From IMG/VR virus record IMGVR_UViG_3300021400_001623, positions 1-64,000 of that record: a stretch of 64,000 bases of DNA. The stretch is one strand, 5' to 3'. The notes under the pieces were generated by a model. That model saw only the letters and a list, made by a program, of their open reading frames with translations, did not search any database and was not told the DNA's origin. Positions 47,682-58,187 of the stretch are shown in pieces; the stretch's first letter is position 1, and each line of letters opens with the position of its first letter. This DNA comes from a virus. Its lineage: Duplodnaviria > Caudoviricetes. A program made the translations under genes and the position numbers.

Positions 47682-50600
47682 ATGTTAGTAGATTTCTCGT
47701 CAATATCGCGAGATTACTATGGCAATATTGAGCAGCCGGTCGTCACATTAAAGACGCCGCATGGCTCTGTCATTTCAGTTATTCCGGCCAATTCAATCTC
47801 CATGACATGTCGTTACAACGATGTTTCTGAGGTGCAATTTACTGTCCCCGCATATATTGAGGGTCAGAAAGTTCCGAGTTATGATGAGATATCCGGTTTG
47901 CGGCTTGTTGAGATTGGAGATTTTGGCGACTTCGTTCTCATCAATCCAGAAAAGACGAACGAGGGCGGGATTAAAGAAACGCTACAATGTACGGCATATT
48001 CTCTTGAATATGTTTTTAATTATAAAAAAGTCGACCTCGGAATTGAAGAGGACGTAAATACATATGAGTTCTATAATCAGACTGATAATACAGATACTAT
48101 TATGGGTATGATTATAGAAGCGGCACCAGATTGGTCAATTGGTTATGTTGATCAGGAGTTAATTGGCAGGTATCGATATTTTGATAATACAGATGATAAC
48201 TGGTATTCATTTATGATGAATACTTTGCAAGAAGCATATAATTGTGTGTTCTTGTTTGATACTAAGAATAAGTCAATTAACGTTATTAGTACGTCACATG
48301 AGAATACTAATTTACCGATTTTCTTATCGTATAATAATTTATTAAAAACAGTAAATGTTACTGAATTATCAGAGGAAATTGTTACATCACTGGCTGGATA
48401 TGGATCTGGTGATGAAGTAAGTATCCGCGATGTTAATCCAAATGGAACTGATAAAATATATAACTTGGATTTCTTCTTAGCACGTGGTGATCTAACTGGT
48501 GAGTTGGCAGATAAATGGAGACGTTATAAGGAATCATGTAAGACCAATTATGAGGTCTATTCTGTTTTAAATGCCGCATATCGCGAAAAATATAGTCAGT
48601 TATTAACAGCGGAAGCTGAATTGATTGCATTGCAAACAGACTATGAAGCAGTTGATGCTCCATTAAAAATCAATCAAGAATTAGTTTTATCTGAGACCGA
48701 TGAAATTAATAAAGAGATTCTTGAGAATCAAATTGCGCAGCAAAAGGTCGAACGCAATACGCTTGCGGCAAAAATTACTAATGCGCAAAATGTTATTAAT
48801 GATGGTAATGGGCATGGACTTGAGATTGATGTAGAGCAGATTAACAGTCAATTAGATGATATTGTGGATCAATGTAGCTTGTCATCATTTTTTACTCATG
48901 AAGAGTTAACTATTCTATCTCAATATTTTATTGAAGATGCAATTACAGAAAGCTCTTTTGTATTATCAGAATACGGTTCTGCTACATCTGAGGATTTATA
49001 TCAAAGCTTAGACTCTACTGCAGTACCAATATTAACCGTTACGGATTCATATGTATATGCAAGCGACGCTTATACGATCATTGAAGACCCGGAAGGGTTG
49101 GATCTAGATCCGGCAATGCAGGCTACAATTATTGAACAATTAAATAATGACCGTAATAAAAGTTCGCTTGAAATGCGCGGTGGTAAATTTCAATTTAGTT
49201 ATGCGACTATAGATAGTGCAGGATTTCAGGAGCATATTATTAGTGGCGATATTGTTAATGTAGATTTCCAATATAACGTAACTAATTTACCAACTTATGT
49301 CGATGAAGATTCGTCCGATATGACGAAGAAGGGTTATTTTATTATAACGGCTGATATAATTAATGGCTCGATTGATGATACGCCCTACCCTTCTATTCAC
49401 CTGGTTATGGATGGAATGCTTGGCGAGAATGATCCGGTGAGCACCGACACTTCTTTGCGCGTTGAAATGGATCACGTCGTTTATTCATGTACTGGATCTG
49501 TTACAGAATTACAAAAGCAAGATGTGTTAAAGGAGCTGTACGATTATACTGAGACTGAATTAAAAAAGCTCTCTGAGCCGTCTTACGAATTTAATATAGA
49601 TTCAGCGAACTTTTTATTTGCAGATAAGTTTGAGCCATTTAAGGACGCATTAAAACTTGGTGATACTATTAACCTTGTCATTGATAACGAAGAGGAAGAG
49701 GTTTTAGAACCGATCTTAATTGAAGTATCTTTTGACTTTGAAGACGAAACTAAACTAGAATTAACTTTCAGTGACAAATATAAAAAATCATCTCCACAAT
49801 TCAAATTGGCTGATTTAATCACTGAAGCCTCGCATTCAGCACGAAGTGTAAATCTAAATAAGGCTTCATATTCATCATACAAAGATAGCAATACTGGGTC
49901 ACAAGTGCGTAAGATGCGCGATTCCGCTCTAGATGTTTCAAAAAATAAAATTCAAAATGCTGTAAATCAGAATTTAGAGTGGAACCAAGCAGGCATGTTC
50001 CTACGCAAAACGAATGCTAATGGCACCGTCGACCCCAAACAGATTGGTTTTATTAATGACGCGATTGTATTTACCAGAGATAATTGGGACACAATCGAAA
50101 TGGCTATTGGATCGATTTATGATCCAAATCTTATTGGCGCATCCGGCGACAATGATGACGGTGTACGGTATGGTATAGCTGCACCTGCTATTTATGGTAC
50201 ACTGTTGGCTGGTGAAAATTTGGTTATTGAAAACACTATCCTTGATCCGCAAGGTGGTGAAATATTAAAACAATTTAAGGTTGATGCAACTGGTGCTTGG
50301 CTCAACAATTCGTCTCTAGTGCTTGCCAATGATAGCGAAAATGGCGGAAAAATGTTTCTTGATCCTAAGTATGGATTCGCTGCTGGTACTCAAGATTTAT
50401 ATACATTACAAGGTACTGAGATAAAACCCAGTTTTATCGATGAAGATGGCGAAATCATCATGGATGAAACTGAGACTATCACTTTACCCGATGGGACATA
50501 TTATTATGTTCCAAAAAATGCGCAGTTTTATTTCGACATAAATACAGGTAATGCATACTTTGCTGGTAATATTAATGCGCGGAATATTATGGCTGGCACG

Positions 50601-53600
50601 CTAAATGGTATGGCTATTACTGCGAACACTCTTGATGGTTCCGCTTTGATTGCAAATACTGTTAATGGTGATAAGATTACCACCAATACATTGAGTGGCG
50701 AAAAGTTGCAAGACTTAGCTATTACAAGTTCTAAAATTGCAAACAGTACTATCACAGGGTCAAAAATAGCTAATAGTACTATTACTGGCAGCAACATAGC
50801 TAATACAACTATTACCGCGTCTAATATCGTAGACGGCACCATTACTGGCACTAAGATCGCTGATGCGACTATTACTGGAGAAAATGTTTTAACCGGAACA
50901 ATTACTGGTGGACATTTGGCTCAAAACACCATTACAGATGCCAATATTGAGCGTGGTACAATTACTGGTGCAGCAATTGCTAGCGGCACCATAACTGGTA
51001 CCAATATTCAAGGCGGTTCAATTACCGGAACAGAGATCGACGATTCGACAATTACCAGTTCTCATATCGTTGATGGTACGATTACGGGTACTGATATTGA
51101 TAATGCGACAATCACTGGTGGCAATATTGCGCAGACTACTATTACAGATTCCAATATCGTTCGCGGCACTATTACTGGAGCTGCGGTTGCATCTGCAACA
51201 ATTACAGGTTCAAATATTGCTGGTAGTACGATAACTGGTACAAATATTGATTTCTCAACATTTTCTAATGGTGTGATCTCCGGTACAGCTATCGATACAT
51301 CTACATTTACGAACGGCAGTATTGATGCAAGCGCTATTGATGCTTCTTCATTTACCAATGGTAGCATCTCTGGATCTGCTATTGATACATCAACATTTAC
51401 GAATGGTCAAATCAGTGGTACAAAGATTGACACATCTACATTCACAAATGGCTCTATCTCTGGCTCAGTAATTGACTCTTCTACCCTTACCAACATTCCA
51501 TATGCAGGAATAGCGTGGGCGGATATTACGGCGGCAGATATCGATGTTGCGTGGATCGATACTGGCATGATTAAAGATGCTGCTATTACCGATGCGCAAA
51601 TCCTTGGTGTATCAGCTAATAAACTCACCGCCGGAACAATAGATGCAAACAAAATTACAGTAGCTAATTTGAATGCCAAAAACCTCATTGTTGAAACAAT
51701 TAATGGGCAGGCGCTTCTTGGCGGCTCATATAATGCCGTTGATAAGACATCCGCTGGCTATGCATCAAAAGTTCCTTCTGCGGAAAATTGGTATGAGATT
51801 ATTGATGGCGAATTTGTCAAATCATCTGATGCGTCCGTACAGGCCAATAAGACATATTATACGCTTGGCCAGACTAGCGTAACCACTACTGGATACGTAG
51901 ATGGTCTAGTCGATGATTTGAATGATCGTATCGATGGAGCTATTCAGACATTTACAACTGATGTTGTACCTACCTTAAATAATTATCCGGCGGAAGACTG
52001 GACTACAACTGACCTGCTTGATGAACATGTGGGCGACGTATGTTATGTTGTTAATGCAGAAAGTCAGGCCGACGGATATTGCTATAGATTTACAAAGAAA
52101 CAAAATAATACTTATGAGTGGACGTTAATTAAAGACTCTGATGTCACTAAGGCATTGCAGGATTTAATTACTGTGCAAGGCGACATATCCGGCTTGAAGT
52201 CATTTGAGACTTCTACTACCGCTTGGATCACAAATACGGATGATGAGTTGTCGAGCTTAAAGCAGCGTACATCTACTCTTGAAACGGATATGGGCACTAA
52301 GGTAGATTCAACGACCTTTAACACCCTATCACAGACAGTCGATGAAAATAGTGCATCTATCACCTCATTATCAACTACAGTGGCAAGTAAAGCTGACAGC
52401 TCTACAGTAACCACACTATCAAATACCGTGAATACTGTGAGCCAAAAAGCAGATGCGAATGAATCTGCTATCAGCCAGCTCACGCAAACTGTATCCGATA
52501 ATGAAACTGATATTGAACAAAAGTACTCAACACTATCACAAGATTTGAATGGATTCAAAACGACTGTTGGAACAACTTATGCTACTAAAACAGCGCTGGG
52601 CGATCTATCGGATGATGTTGATGCCATTGATACGCGTGTAACTAGCGCCGAGTCATCTATTACCCAGAACGCAAATAATATCGCGCTTAAGGTAAGTCAG
52701 GACGGTGTAATTGCATCCATTAATGCTTCGCCGGAATCTGTAACGATTAATGCTAATCGCGTTAATATTGCTGGCGCGGCTATTTTCAGCGAATATACAA
52801 AGACGGATGATCTCGATGATACTATTGCCGGACTTGGATATGCGCAAACATCTGATGCGGTAGCAGAAACGCAGAGAATCTATATCTCAAAGACTACGAC
52901 TGGTTCTTATACTGGTCCGACAACTTGGGTAACGGCAACTACTTATACCGCAAATACATGGACGACGAAACGCCCTGCATATGATTCGAGCTATCCTTAT
53001 CTTTACACTTGCCTCCAAAAGAAGACGGTGAATGGTACGGTGACATGTACTCCAGTATTGCTTGATGATACGACAACCGTTATCGATGGTGGGAAAATCA
53101 TTACTGGATCTATTACTGCAAATCAGCTGGCGGCAGATGCTGTTAAGTCAACTAATTATGATGCAGCTGACAGTGATGAGTCTCCGTACTCCGTTGCTGG
53201 CACATTACTTGATCTCAACAGCGGTAATATTTATTCGCCAAATTTTGGCGTAATTAATAATGGCGTTGTCGATCCCATTACTGGTGATGTAGTTTTATAC
53301 CCAGGTGCATATATTAATGGTAATATTGTTGCCACATCAGGTATGATCGGTGACGATGAAAATACTGCATGGGAAATCGGCTCATTTACAGATTACGATG
53401 CTAATACATATGGCTCGCTTATTTCACATGGTAAGGCTTTTCTTCAATCTGGTAAGTGGATGCTGAGCGAGGATTTGCTTGATACACGTTGGTATGCACT
53501 TGATAATGTTTCTGGTGGGCAAAAAATCACTTATCCATACGCCTCGTCTACATATTGGGACTTTGGCTTACATGCGCCGGATGTTACTAAGACTACGAAT

Positions 53601-56600
53601 CGCACTACATTAGACGATTCGTTTTTATATATAAGAAATCATGCATCTACGATTCCAAGCCTTGACTCTGAGTGGAATTATGTATTCAGGGTTGATAAAT
53701 CTGGAATGATTTATATGAATGGGCAATCGCTGAATGATTTGTATGCATCCAAGAGTGACGTTGGCAGCGACTATCTACCCAAGACTGGCGGCACTATTAC
53801 TGGCAATCTTACAGTTACTGGGACCATTACAGGAACAGCGAGCAATGCGGCAAAGACTACTGGAACGTTGTCAATTAACGGTAAGACGTTTAATGGATCG
53901 GCAGATGTCTCTGTTGGTACGCTTGGCGTTGCTTACGGTGGTACTGGACAAACGACGGCAAATGCCGCTGGTAATGCTTTGATAGGCGCTATAACTCGTG
54001 CAACTGTTGGTGATGTTACTGATAATACAACGATTCTAACAAGTACATCGACTGGTGATGTGGGAGAGTATTTCAGAAGACCTGCAACATTCTTATGGAA
54101 TTATATTAGTAGTAAATTATCCTCAGAAGATATCTATATGCCAAAGACTGGCGGTACATTTAGCGGTGAAGTCACCTTTAACTCCCCCATCTCTATTAAT
54201 GACGAATTGTATGTAGACTCCGCAAGTGTTGGTAATCTGGTTGTTAGTGGTGCGGGGCGGTTTACGAACGGCCTATATGGAGATTTAACAGGTGACGTTA
54301 CTGGTAATGTTACAGGCAATCTCACTGGTAATGTGACTGGCAATGTAGTTGGTAATGTATCTGGTTACTCAACGAAAGTATTGGATTCCGGTAATAATAC
54401 AAGCGAGATTACTTTTGCATACTCTAAATCGGGATTATCAACGACATCTTGGCTAGCGGCATGGAGTGGTTATGAGTTGAGAGCCATATCTCCTACGAGA
54501 GTCAAAGAAACGCTTGCGCTTACAAAATCTGATGTTGGTCTTAACAATGTAGATAATACAGCGGATGCTGCTAAGTATGTTAAGGGCGCAAGTATTACAA
54601 CAGAACTTAATTCTGTCGCCAAATACTCTGATACATCTGGTACGTTTACAGATTCCGGGATTTATATTGATGAGAATAATAATTTGGTAATTGGTGCTAC
54701 AGATGCATCAACAAACACAGTGCTTCATACCGGAAATCTTAAAATAGGTGTGCGAAATGATAGCTATGGTCTGATGCCATATGCAAACAACTGGAATACT
54801 ATTGGCGCATCCAATATGCGTTGGTATCACATTTGGGGGAGCACTATTCACGCTACTCATAGTGATATTACAAATTGGTGGTCTAATAATAATATTGGCT
54901 CACCTGTAACATCAAGTGCGGCGGCTACTAAGGGTAAGTTTAATTTATATAATGTTTGTGCTGTTGGTGGAACTCAGACTAAAACATCAATTGAGGCAAA
55001 TGATGCAACGAATAGTAATATCTCGCTCATTTTGCCATCTGAATCCGGCACATTCGCTTTGACTAAAAATTACCAACCTTATGCGCATTATAGCAATATG
55101 AATGGTAATAATACTGGCAAGTATTACAAGATTAGCATCAATTCGACTGTGAGTTGGATGTTGAATTTTACCGTAAAATTATATCACGCTTATAGAGCGT
55201 ATGACCTACAGATTAGTGGTTATAATTATGGTAGTAATTATTGGTATGACCCAGCAGCCATCATATTGGGATCTTCTGTAACAGATGCAATAGATGTTTT
55301 GTTTGGCTATGATAGCGCCTATCATTTATGGGTAGCCATTCCAGCACATCAGTATACTGGCATTGATGTTGTTAATGTATCAAATGGGTATGCGCAAATA
55401 GATTCTCTTGAAGGGTTATTTACTATTGAAATGGTCGATGGAGAGCCGTCTACTGTTCAGCAAACTATAACTGCTTATCGCCCATGGTATCGTAACGAAA
55501 CTGTTACAAATGCAACAAATGCGGTAAATGCATCTAAGGTTAACAATCACACTGTCAATGCAGACGTACCATCGAATGCAAAATTCACAGATACAACATA
55601 CGTAGTGGCAACGAATACCGCTGACGGTTTAATGTCTTCCGATGATAAAAAGAAACTGGATCAGATCAACATATCTGATATCGGCACTATTGGCGCGAAC
55701 ACAATCGTTGGAGAAAAAGATATCAAAGTCACTATCACTGATGGTGTCGCAACGGTTGGTCATGCTAATACAGCAATTACAGCTGGAACAGCAAGCGGCA
55801 CATCGAGCACTACCAATTTAGCATTTGGTGCAACGGTTACATTGCCGTCTGTGACATATGATGCATATGGTCATATTACAGGGGCGAGCACAACTACGTT
55901 TAAACTTCCGGCTGCTCCAACTAGTGTTAGTGGTAATGCTGGAACGGCGACGCAATTTAGTTCTGCAGCAAGTGTGACTCTGACAGGTGATACGACTGGT
56001 TCTGCGAGTAGTGCTAAAGGATGGTCGATTGCGACTACCACGAAGACGATTACACCGACTTCGCTGACAAATGTAGATTTAAATAATTACAAAACAACAC
56101 AGAAAAACGAGTTCTATTTTGGTGGCGGATCAAATGGTTGTACGAATCATCCTAAAGCAAATGGGCTGCAGTTTGGTTTACATACATATGCATCCGCGGC
56201 TGGTCATGTAACGCAAGAGCTATCAAGCTTTGGCGATAGTGGCTCAGCAAATCACGGCAAATGGATTCGCTGGTATAATAGTAGCTCGTGGAGCGGTTGG
56301 GAGAAATTCTTAACATCCAGTAATTATAACGACTATGCTCCGTCTAAAACTGGTACTGGCGCTACTGGTACATGGAATATTAATGCGGCGGGAGCATCTA
56401 AGATTGTACCTAAAATCAGTAAAACTTACGCAAGTACGTCGTATTATGCAACATCTACTGGTTCATGGGAAACATCTACGTGGTATTTCATGTCTGTGAA
56501 GCCAGATTCATGGTATAAGCCATGGCGTGTTAAGTTCAAAGTGCATTCATTCTGTCCCGGCTACGCTAATGTAGATAGCACATCATATTGTACGGTTAGT

Positions 56601-58121
56601 GGTCGTGCTGGAGCAGTTATATATTCTAACTGGAACGAACGATACGATCCAGCACATTATTATATGACATGTTATCCGCTGAAAAAAGCTGGCTTTGATG
56701 CTGGTTACGGCAACGCAATTGGTGTATCTATCCTATATGGAACAGGCTATAACACCGCAGCTTATTACAGAACATTTGAGGTTGATTATTTTGAATGTGA
56801 GGGTTGTACGGTTACAATACTTGATACGCCTGTGCAATGGGCTAATTGGACTGGTAAAGGCACTGATAACTATGAGAGCATTTCAAGTTTCAATGCTGTT
56901 GATCGTGGCATGAAAGAGTCTGGCGATAGTGATACCATTGAGGACAGACAGAGTTATTTTGCGGGCAAAACCAGCTCTTCGAAAGGTATTTGGGCCGCCT
57001 CACTCTTCATGGAAGATGGGTCTGGTACATACCAGAATATTTGTGCGGCATCAGACGGTACGATTACTGGAAGTAATAGAACGACTGCCACAACCAAGGT
57101 GGCAAATACTAGTGGTTTCAGAATAGGTAGCCCTATATTTTATTGTAATACAAATTATAATGCCAATACCAATATTGCTGGTTGGGGAGTTGTTTATAAT
57201 CATATTAGTGCCTTTGATTCACGATATGCGTTTAATACGACGTTGACGGCAAATAATCTAACACCTTACGCTCCGGTCTATTTGGTTGGCACTATTAAGA
57301 GTGATAATTTATTTTATCTTGATACGGTATGGTGGACTCAAACACCAACGGTAACTGGTAAGATATATATCTTAGTCGGCGGTTGTTATGATAGTACAAC
57401 GTCAAATTGTAGGGTTAGTTTACATCAACATAATCCGTGGTATTACTATGACGGGACAAGACTAGTTCCATATATTCATCATGCTAAAACTGCAGATACG
57501 GCGACAAGTGCAACCACAGCAACTACGGCGACAAATGCTAATTATGTTAATTTTGTAGGTGGTCGCCCTGCTTCTGCAGATATTATGCCTAGTACTATGC
57601 AAAATAAAGTCCAATTTTCCTTAGCGAGTAGCTCAATGACTACAAATAAGCCACCCGCTGGCGATGGATATATTACCACATATGCATGGGATAATTCTAA
57701 TTGGGGTGCTCAATTCTACATCCGTCATAATCAAACAGATCCAGATGTTATGGTACGTGGAACAAATGGTTCTGTTTGGGGAAATTGGAAATACTTACTT
57801 GGCGAATGGAACTATACAGATTATACCGTTACCAAAACTGGTACAGGAGCTTCTGGCACATGGGGTATTTCCGTTTCTGGTAATGCTGCTACGGCTACTG
57901 CGATTAGTAGCAGTACATGGACAGCAGCTTCAGTTACAAATGTAGATCGCTATATATGGGTATCATGGAGTGGTAATGATGGTAAACCTTGCTATACGAC
58001 AGATATAACTTATAACACTAGCACCAAAACTCTTAAAACACCTGGCGTTAAAATGACACACTGGGATGTACGCGAAGATACTACAACTGGTGTATTAACA
58101 TTCAAATATGTTGCAAGTTAA
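47682..58121 (+). CDS. Tal/tail-fibre megaprotein (baseplate hub plus fibre, 3479 aa)
   Basis: Follows Dit; N-terminal hub-like region, decapeptide repeat block, coiled coil, TGNVTG repeats and repeated TGTGASGTWGI-type fibre motifs. Confidence 0.85.
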   Translation: MLVDFSSISRDYYGNIEQPVVTLKTPHGSVISVIPANSISMTCRYNDVSEVQFTVPAYIEGQKVPSYDEISGLRLVEIGDFGDFVLINPEKTNEGGIKETLQCTAYSLEYVFNYKKVDLGIEEDVNTYEFYNQTDNTDTIMGMIIEAAPDWSIGYVDQELIGRYRYFDNTDDNWYSFMMNTLQEAYNCVFLFDTKNKSINVISTSHENTNLPIFLSYNNLLKTVNVTELSEEIVTSLAGYGSGDEVSIRDVNPNGTDKIYNLDFFLARGDLTGELADKWRRYKESCKTNYEVYSVLNAAYREKYSQLLTAEAELIALQTDYEAVDAPLKINQELVLSETDEINKEILENQIAQQKVERNTLAAKITNAQNVINDGNGHGLEIDVEQINSQLDDIVDQCSLSSFFTHEELTILSQYFIEDAITESSFVLSEYGSATSEDLYQSLDSTAVPILTVTDSYVYASDAYTIIEDPEGLDLDPAMQATIIEQLNNDRNKSSLEMRGGKFQFSYATIDSAGFQEHIISGDIVNVDFQYNVTNLPTYVDEDSSDMTKKGYFIITADIINGSIDDTPYPSIHLVMDGMLGENDPVSTDTSLRVEMDHVVYSCTGSVTELQKQDVLKELYDYTETELKKLSEPSYEFNIDSANFLFADKFEPFKDALKLGDTINLVIDNEEEEVLEPILIEVSFDFEDETKLELTFSDKYKKSSPQFKLADLITEASHSARSVNLNKASYSSYKDSNTGSQVRKMRDSALDVSKNKIQNAVNQNLEWNQAGMFLRKTNANGTVDPKQIGFINDAIVFTRDNWDTIEMAIGSIYDPNLIGASGDNDDGVRYGIAAPAIYGTLLAGENLVIENTILDPQGGEILKQFKVDATGAWLNNSSLVLANDSENGGKMFLDPKYGFAAGTQDLYTLQGTEIKPSFIDEDGEIIMDETETITLPDGTYYYVPKNAQFYFDINTGNAYFAGNINARNIMAGTLNGMAITANTLDGSALIANTVNGDKITTNTLSGEKLQDLAITSSKIANSTITGSKIANSTITGSNIANTTITASNIVDGTITGTKIADATITGENVLTGTITGGHLAQNTITDANIERGTITGAAIASGTITGTNIQGGSITGTEIDDSTITSSHIVDGTITGTDIDNATITGGNIAQTTITDSNIVRGTITGAAVASATITGSNIAGSTITGTNIDFSTFSNGVISGTAIDTSTFTNGSIDASAIDASSFTNGSISGSAIDTSTFTNGQISGTKIDTSTFTNGSISGSVIDSSTLTNIPYAGIAWADITAADIDVAWIDTGMIKDAAITDAQILGVSANKLTAGTIDANKITVANLNAKNLIVETINGQALLGGSYNAVDKTSAGYASKVPSAENWYEIIDGEFVKSSDASVQANKTYYTLGQTSVTTTGYVDGLVDDLNDRIDGAIQTFTTDVVPTLNNYPAEDWTTTDLLDEHVGDVCYVVNAESQADGYCYRFTKKQNNTYEWTLIKDSDVTKALQDLITVQGDISGLKSFETSTTAWITNTDDELSSLKQRTSTLETDMGTKVDSTTFNTLSQTVDENSASITSLSTTVASKADSSTVTTLSNTVNTVSQKADANESAISQLTQTVSDNETDIEQKYSTLSQDLNGFKTTVGTTYATKTALGDLSDDVDAIDTRVTSAESSITQNANNIALKVSQDGVIASINASPESVTINANRVNIAGAAIFSEYTKTDDLDDTIAGLGYAQTSDAVAETQRIYISKTTTGSYTGPTTWVTATTYTANTWTTKRPAYDSSYPYLYTCLQKKTVNGTVTCTPVLLDDTTTVIDGGKIITGSITANQLAADAVKSTNYDAADSDESPYSVAGTLLDLNSGNIYSPNFGVINNGVVDPITGDVVLYPGAYINGNIVATSGMIGDDENTAWEIGSFTDYDANTYGSLISHGKAFLQSGKWMLSEDLLDTRWYALDNVSGGQKITYPYASSTYWDFGLHAPDVTKTTNRTTLDDSFLYIRNHASTIPSLDSEWNYVFRVDKSGMIYMNGQSLNDLYASKSDVGSDYLPKTGGTITGNLTVTGTITGTASNAAKTTGTLSINGKTFNGSADVSVGTLGVAYGGTGQTTANAAGNALIGAITRATVGDVTDNTTILTSTSTGDVGEYFRRPATFLWNYISSKLSSEDIYMPKTGGTFSGEVTFNSPISINDELYVDSASVGNLVVSGAGRFTNGLYGDLTGDVTGNVTGNLTGNVTGNVVGNVSGYSTKVLDSGNNTSEITFAYSKSGLSTTSWLAAWSGYELRAISPTRVKETLALTKSDVGLNNVDNTADAAKYVKGASITTELNSVAKYSDTSGTFTDSGIYIDENNNLVIGATDASTNTVLHTGNLKIGVRNDSYGLMPYANNWNTIGASNMRWYHIWGSTIHATHSDITNWWSNNNIGSPVTSSAAATKGKFNLYNVCAVGGTQTKTSIEANDATNSNISLILPSESGTFALTKNYQPYAHYSNMNGNNTGKYYKISINSTVSWMLNFTVKLYHAYRAYDLQISGYNYGSNYWYDPAAIILGSSVTDAIDVLFGYDSAYHLWVAIPAHQYTGIDVVNVSNGYAQIDSLEGLFTIEMVDGEPSTVQQTITAYRPWYRNETVTNATNAVNASKVNNHTVNADVPSNAKFTDTTYVVATNTADGLMSSDDKKKLDQINISDIGTIGANTIVGEKDIKVTITDGVATVGHANTAITAGTASGTSSTTNLAFGATVTLPSVTYDAYGHITGASTTTFKLPAAPTSVSGNAGTATQFSSAASVTLTGDTTGSASSAKGWSIATTTKTITPTSLTNVDLNNYKTTQKNEFYFGGGSNGCTNHPKANGLQFGLHTYASAAGHVTQELSSFGDSGSANHGKWIRWYNSSSWSGWEKFLTSSNYNDYAPSKTGTGATGTWNINAAGASKIVPKISKTYASTSYYATSTGSWETSTWYFMSVKPDSWYKPWRVKFKVHSFCPGYANVDSTSYCTVSGRAGAVIYSNWNERYDPAHYYMTCYPLKKAGFDAGYGNAIGVSILYGTGYNTAAYYRTFEVDYFECEGCTVTILDTPVQWANWTGKGTDNYESISSFNAVDRGMKESGDSDTIEDRQSYFAGKTSSSKGIWAASLFMEDGSGTYQNICAASDGTITGSNRTTATTKVANTSGFRIGSPIFYCNTNYNANTNIAGWGVVYNHISAFDSRYAFNTTLTANNLTPYAPVYLVGTIKSDNLFYLDTVWWTQTPTVTGKIYILVGGCYDSTTSNCRVSLHQHNPWYYYDGTRLVPYIHHAKTADTATSATTATTATNANYVNFVGGRPASADIMPSTMQNKVQFSLASSSMTTNKPPAGDGYITTYAWDNSNWGAQFYIRHNQTDPDVMVRGTNGSVWGNWKYLLGEWNYTDYTVTKTGTGASGTWGISVSGNAATATAISSSTWTAASVTNVDRYIWVSWSGNDGKPCYTTDITYNTSTKTLKTPGVKMTHWDVREDTTTGVLTFKYVAS
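50575..51495 (+). repeat. About 30 tandem 10-residue coding repeats in tail fibre
   Basis: Repeating ITGxxIxxxT / ISGSAIDTSTF units. Confidence 0.85.
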
Positions 58122-58132
58122 TCATATTTCTC

Positions 58133-58161
58133 AGGGAGCATCGTTGTTGGTGCTCCCTTTT
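58133..58161 (+). terminator. Intrinsic terminator
   Basis: AGGGAGCAT/GTGCTCCCT then TTTT. Confidence 0.8.
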
Positions 58162-58187
58162 ATTATACATGGAGGTAACGATAAAAT

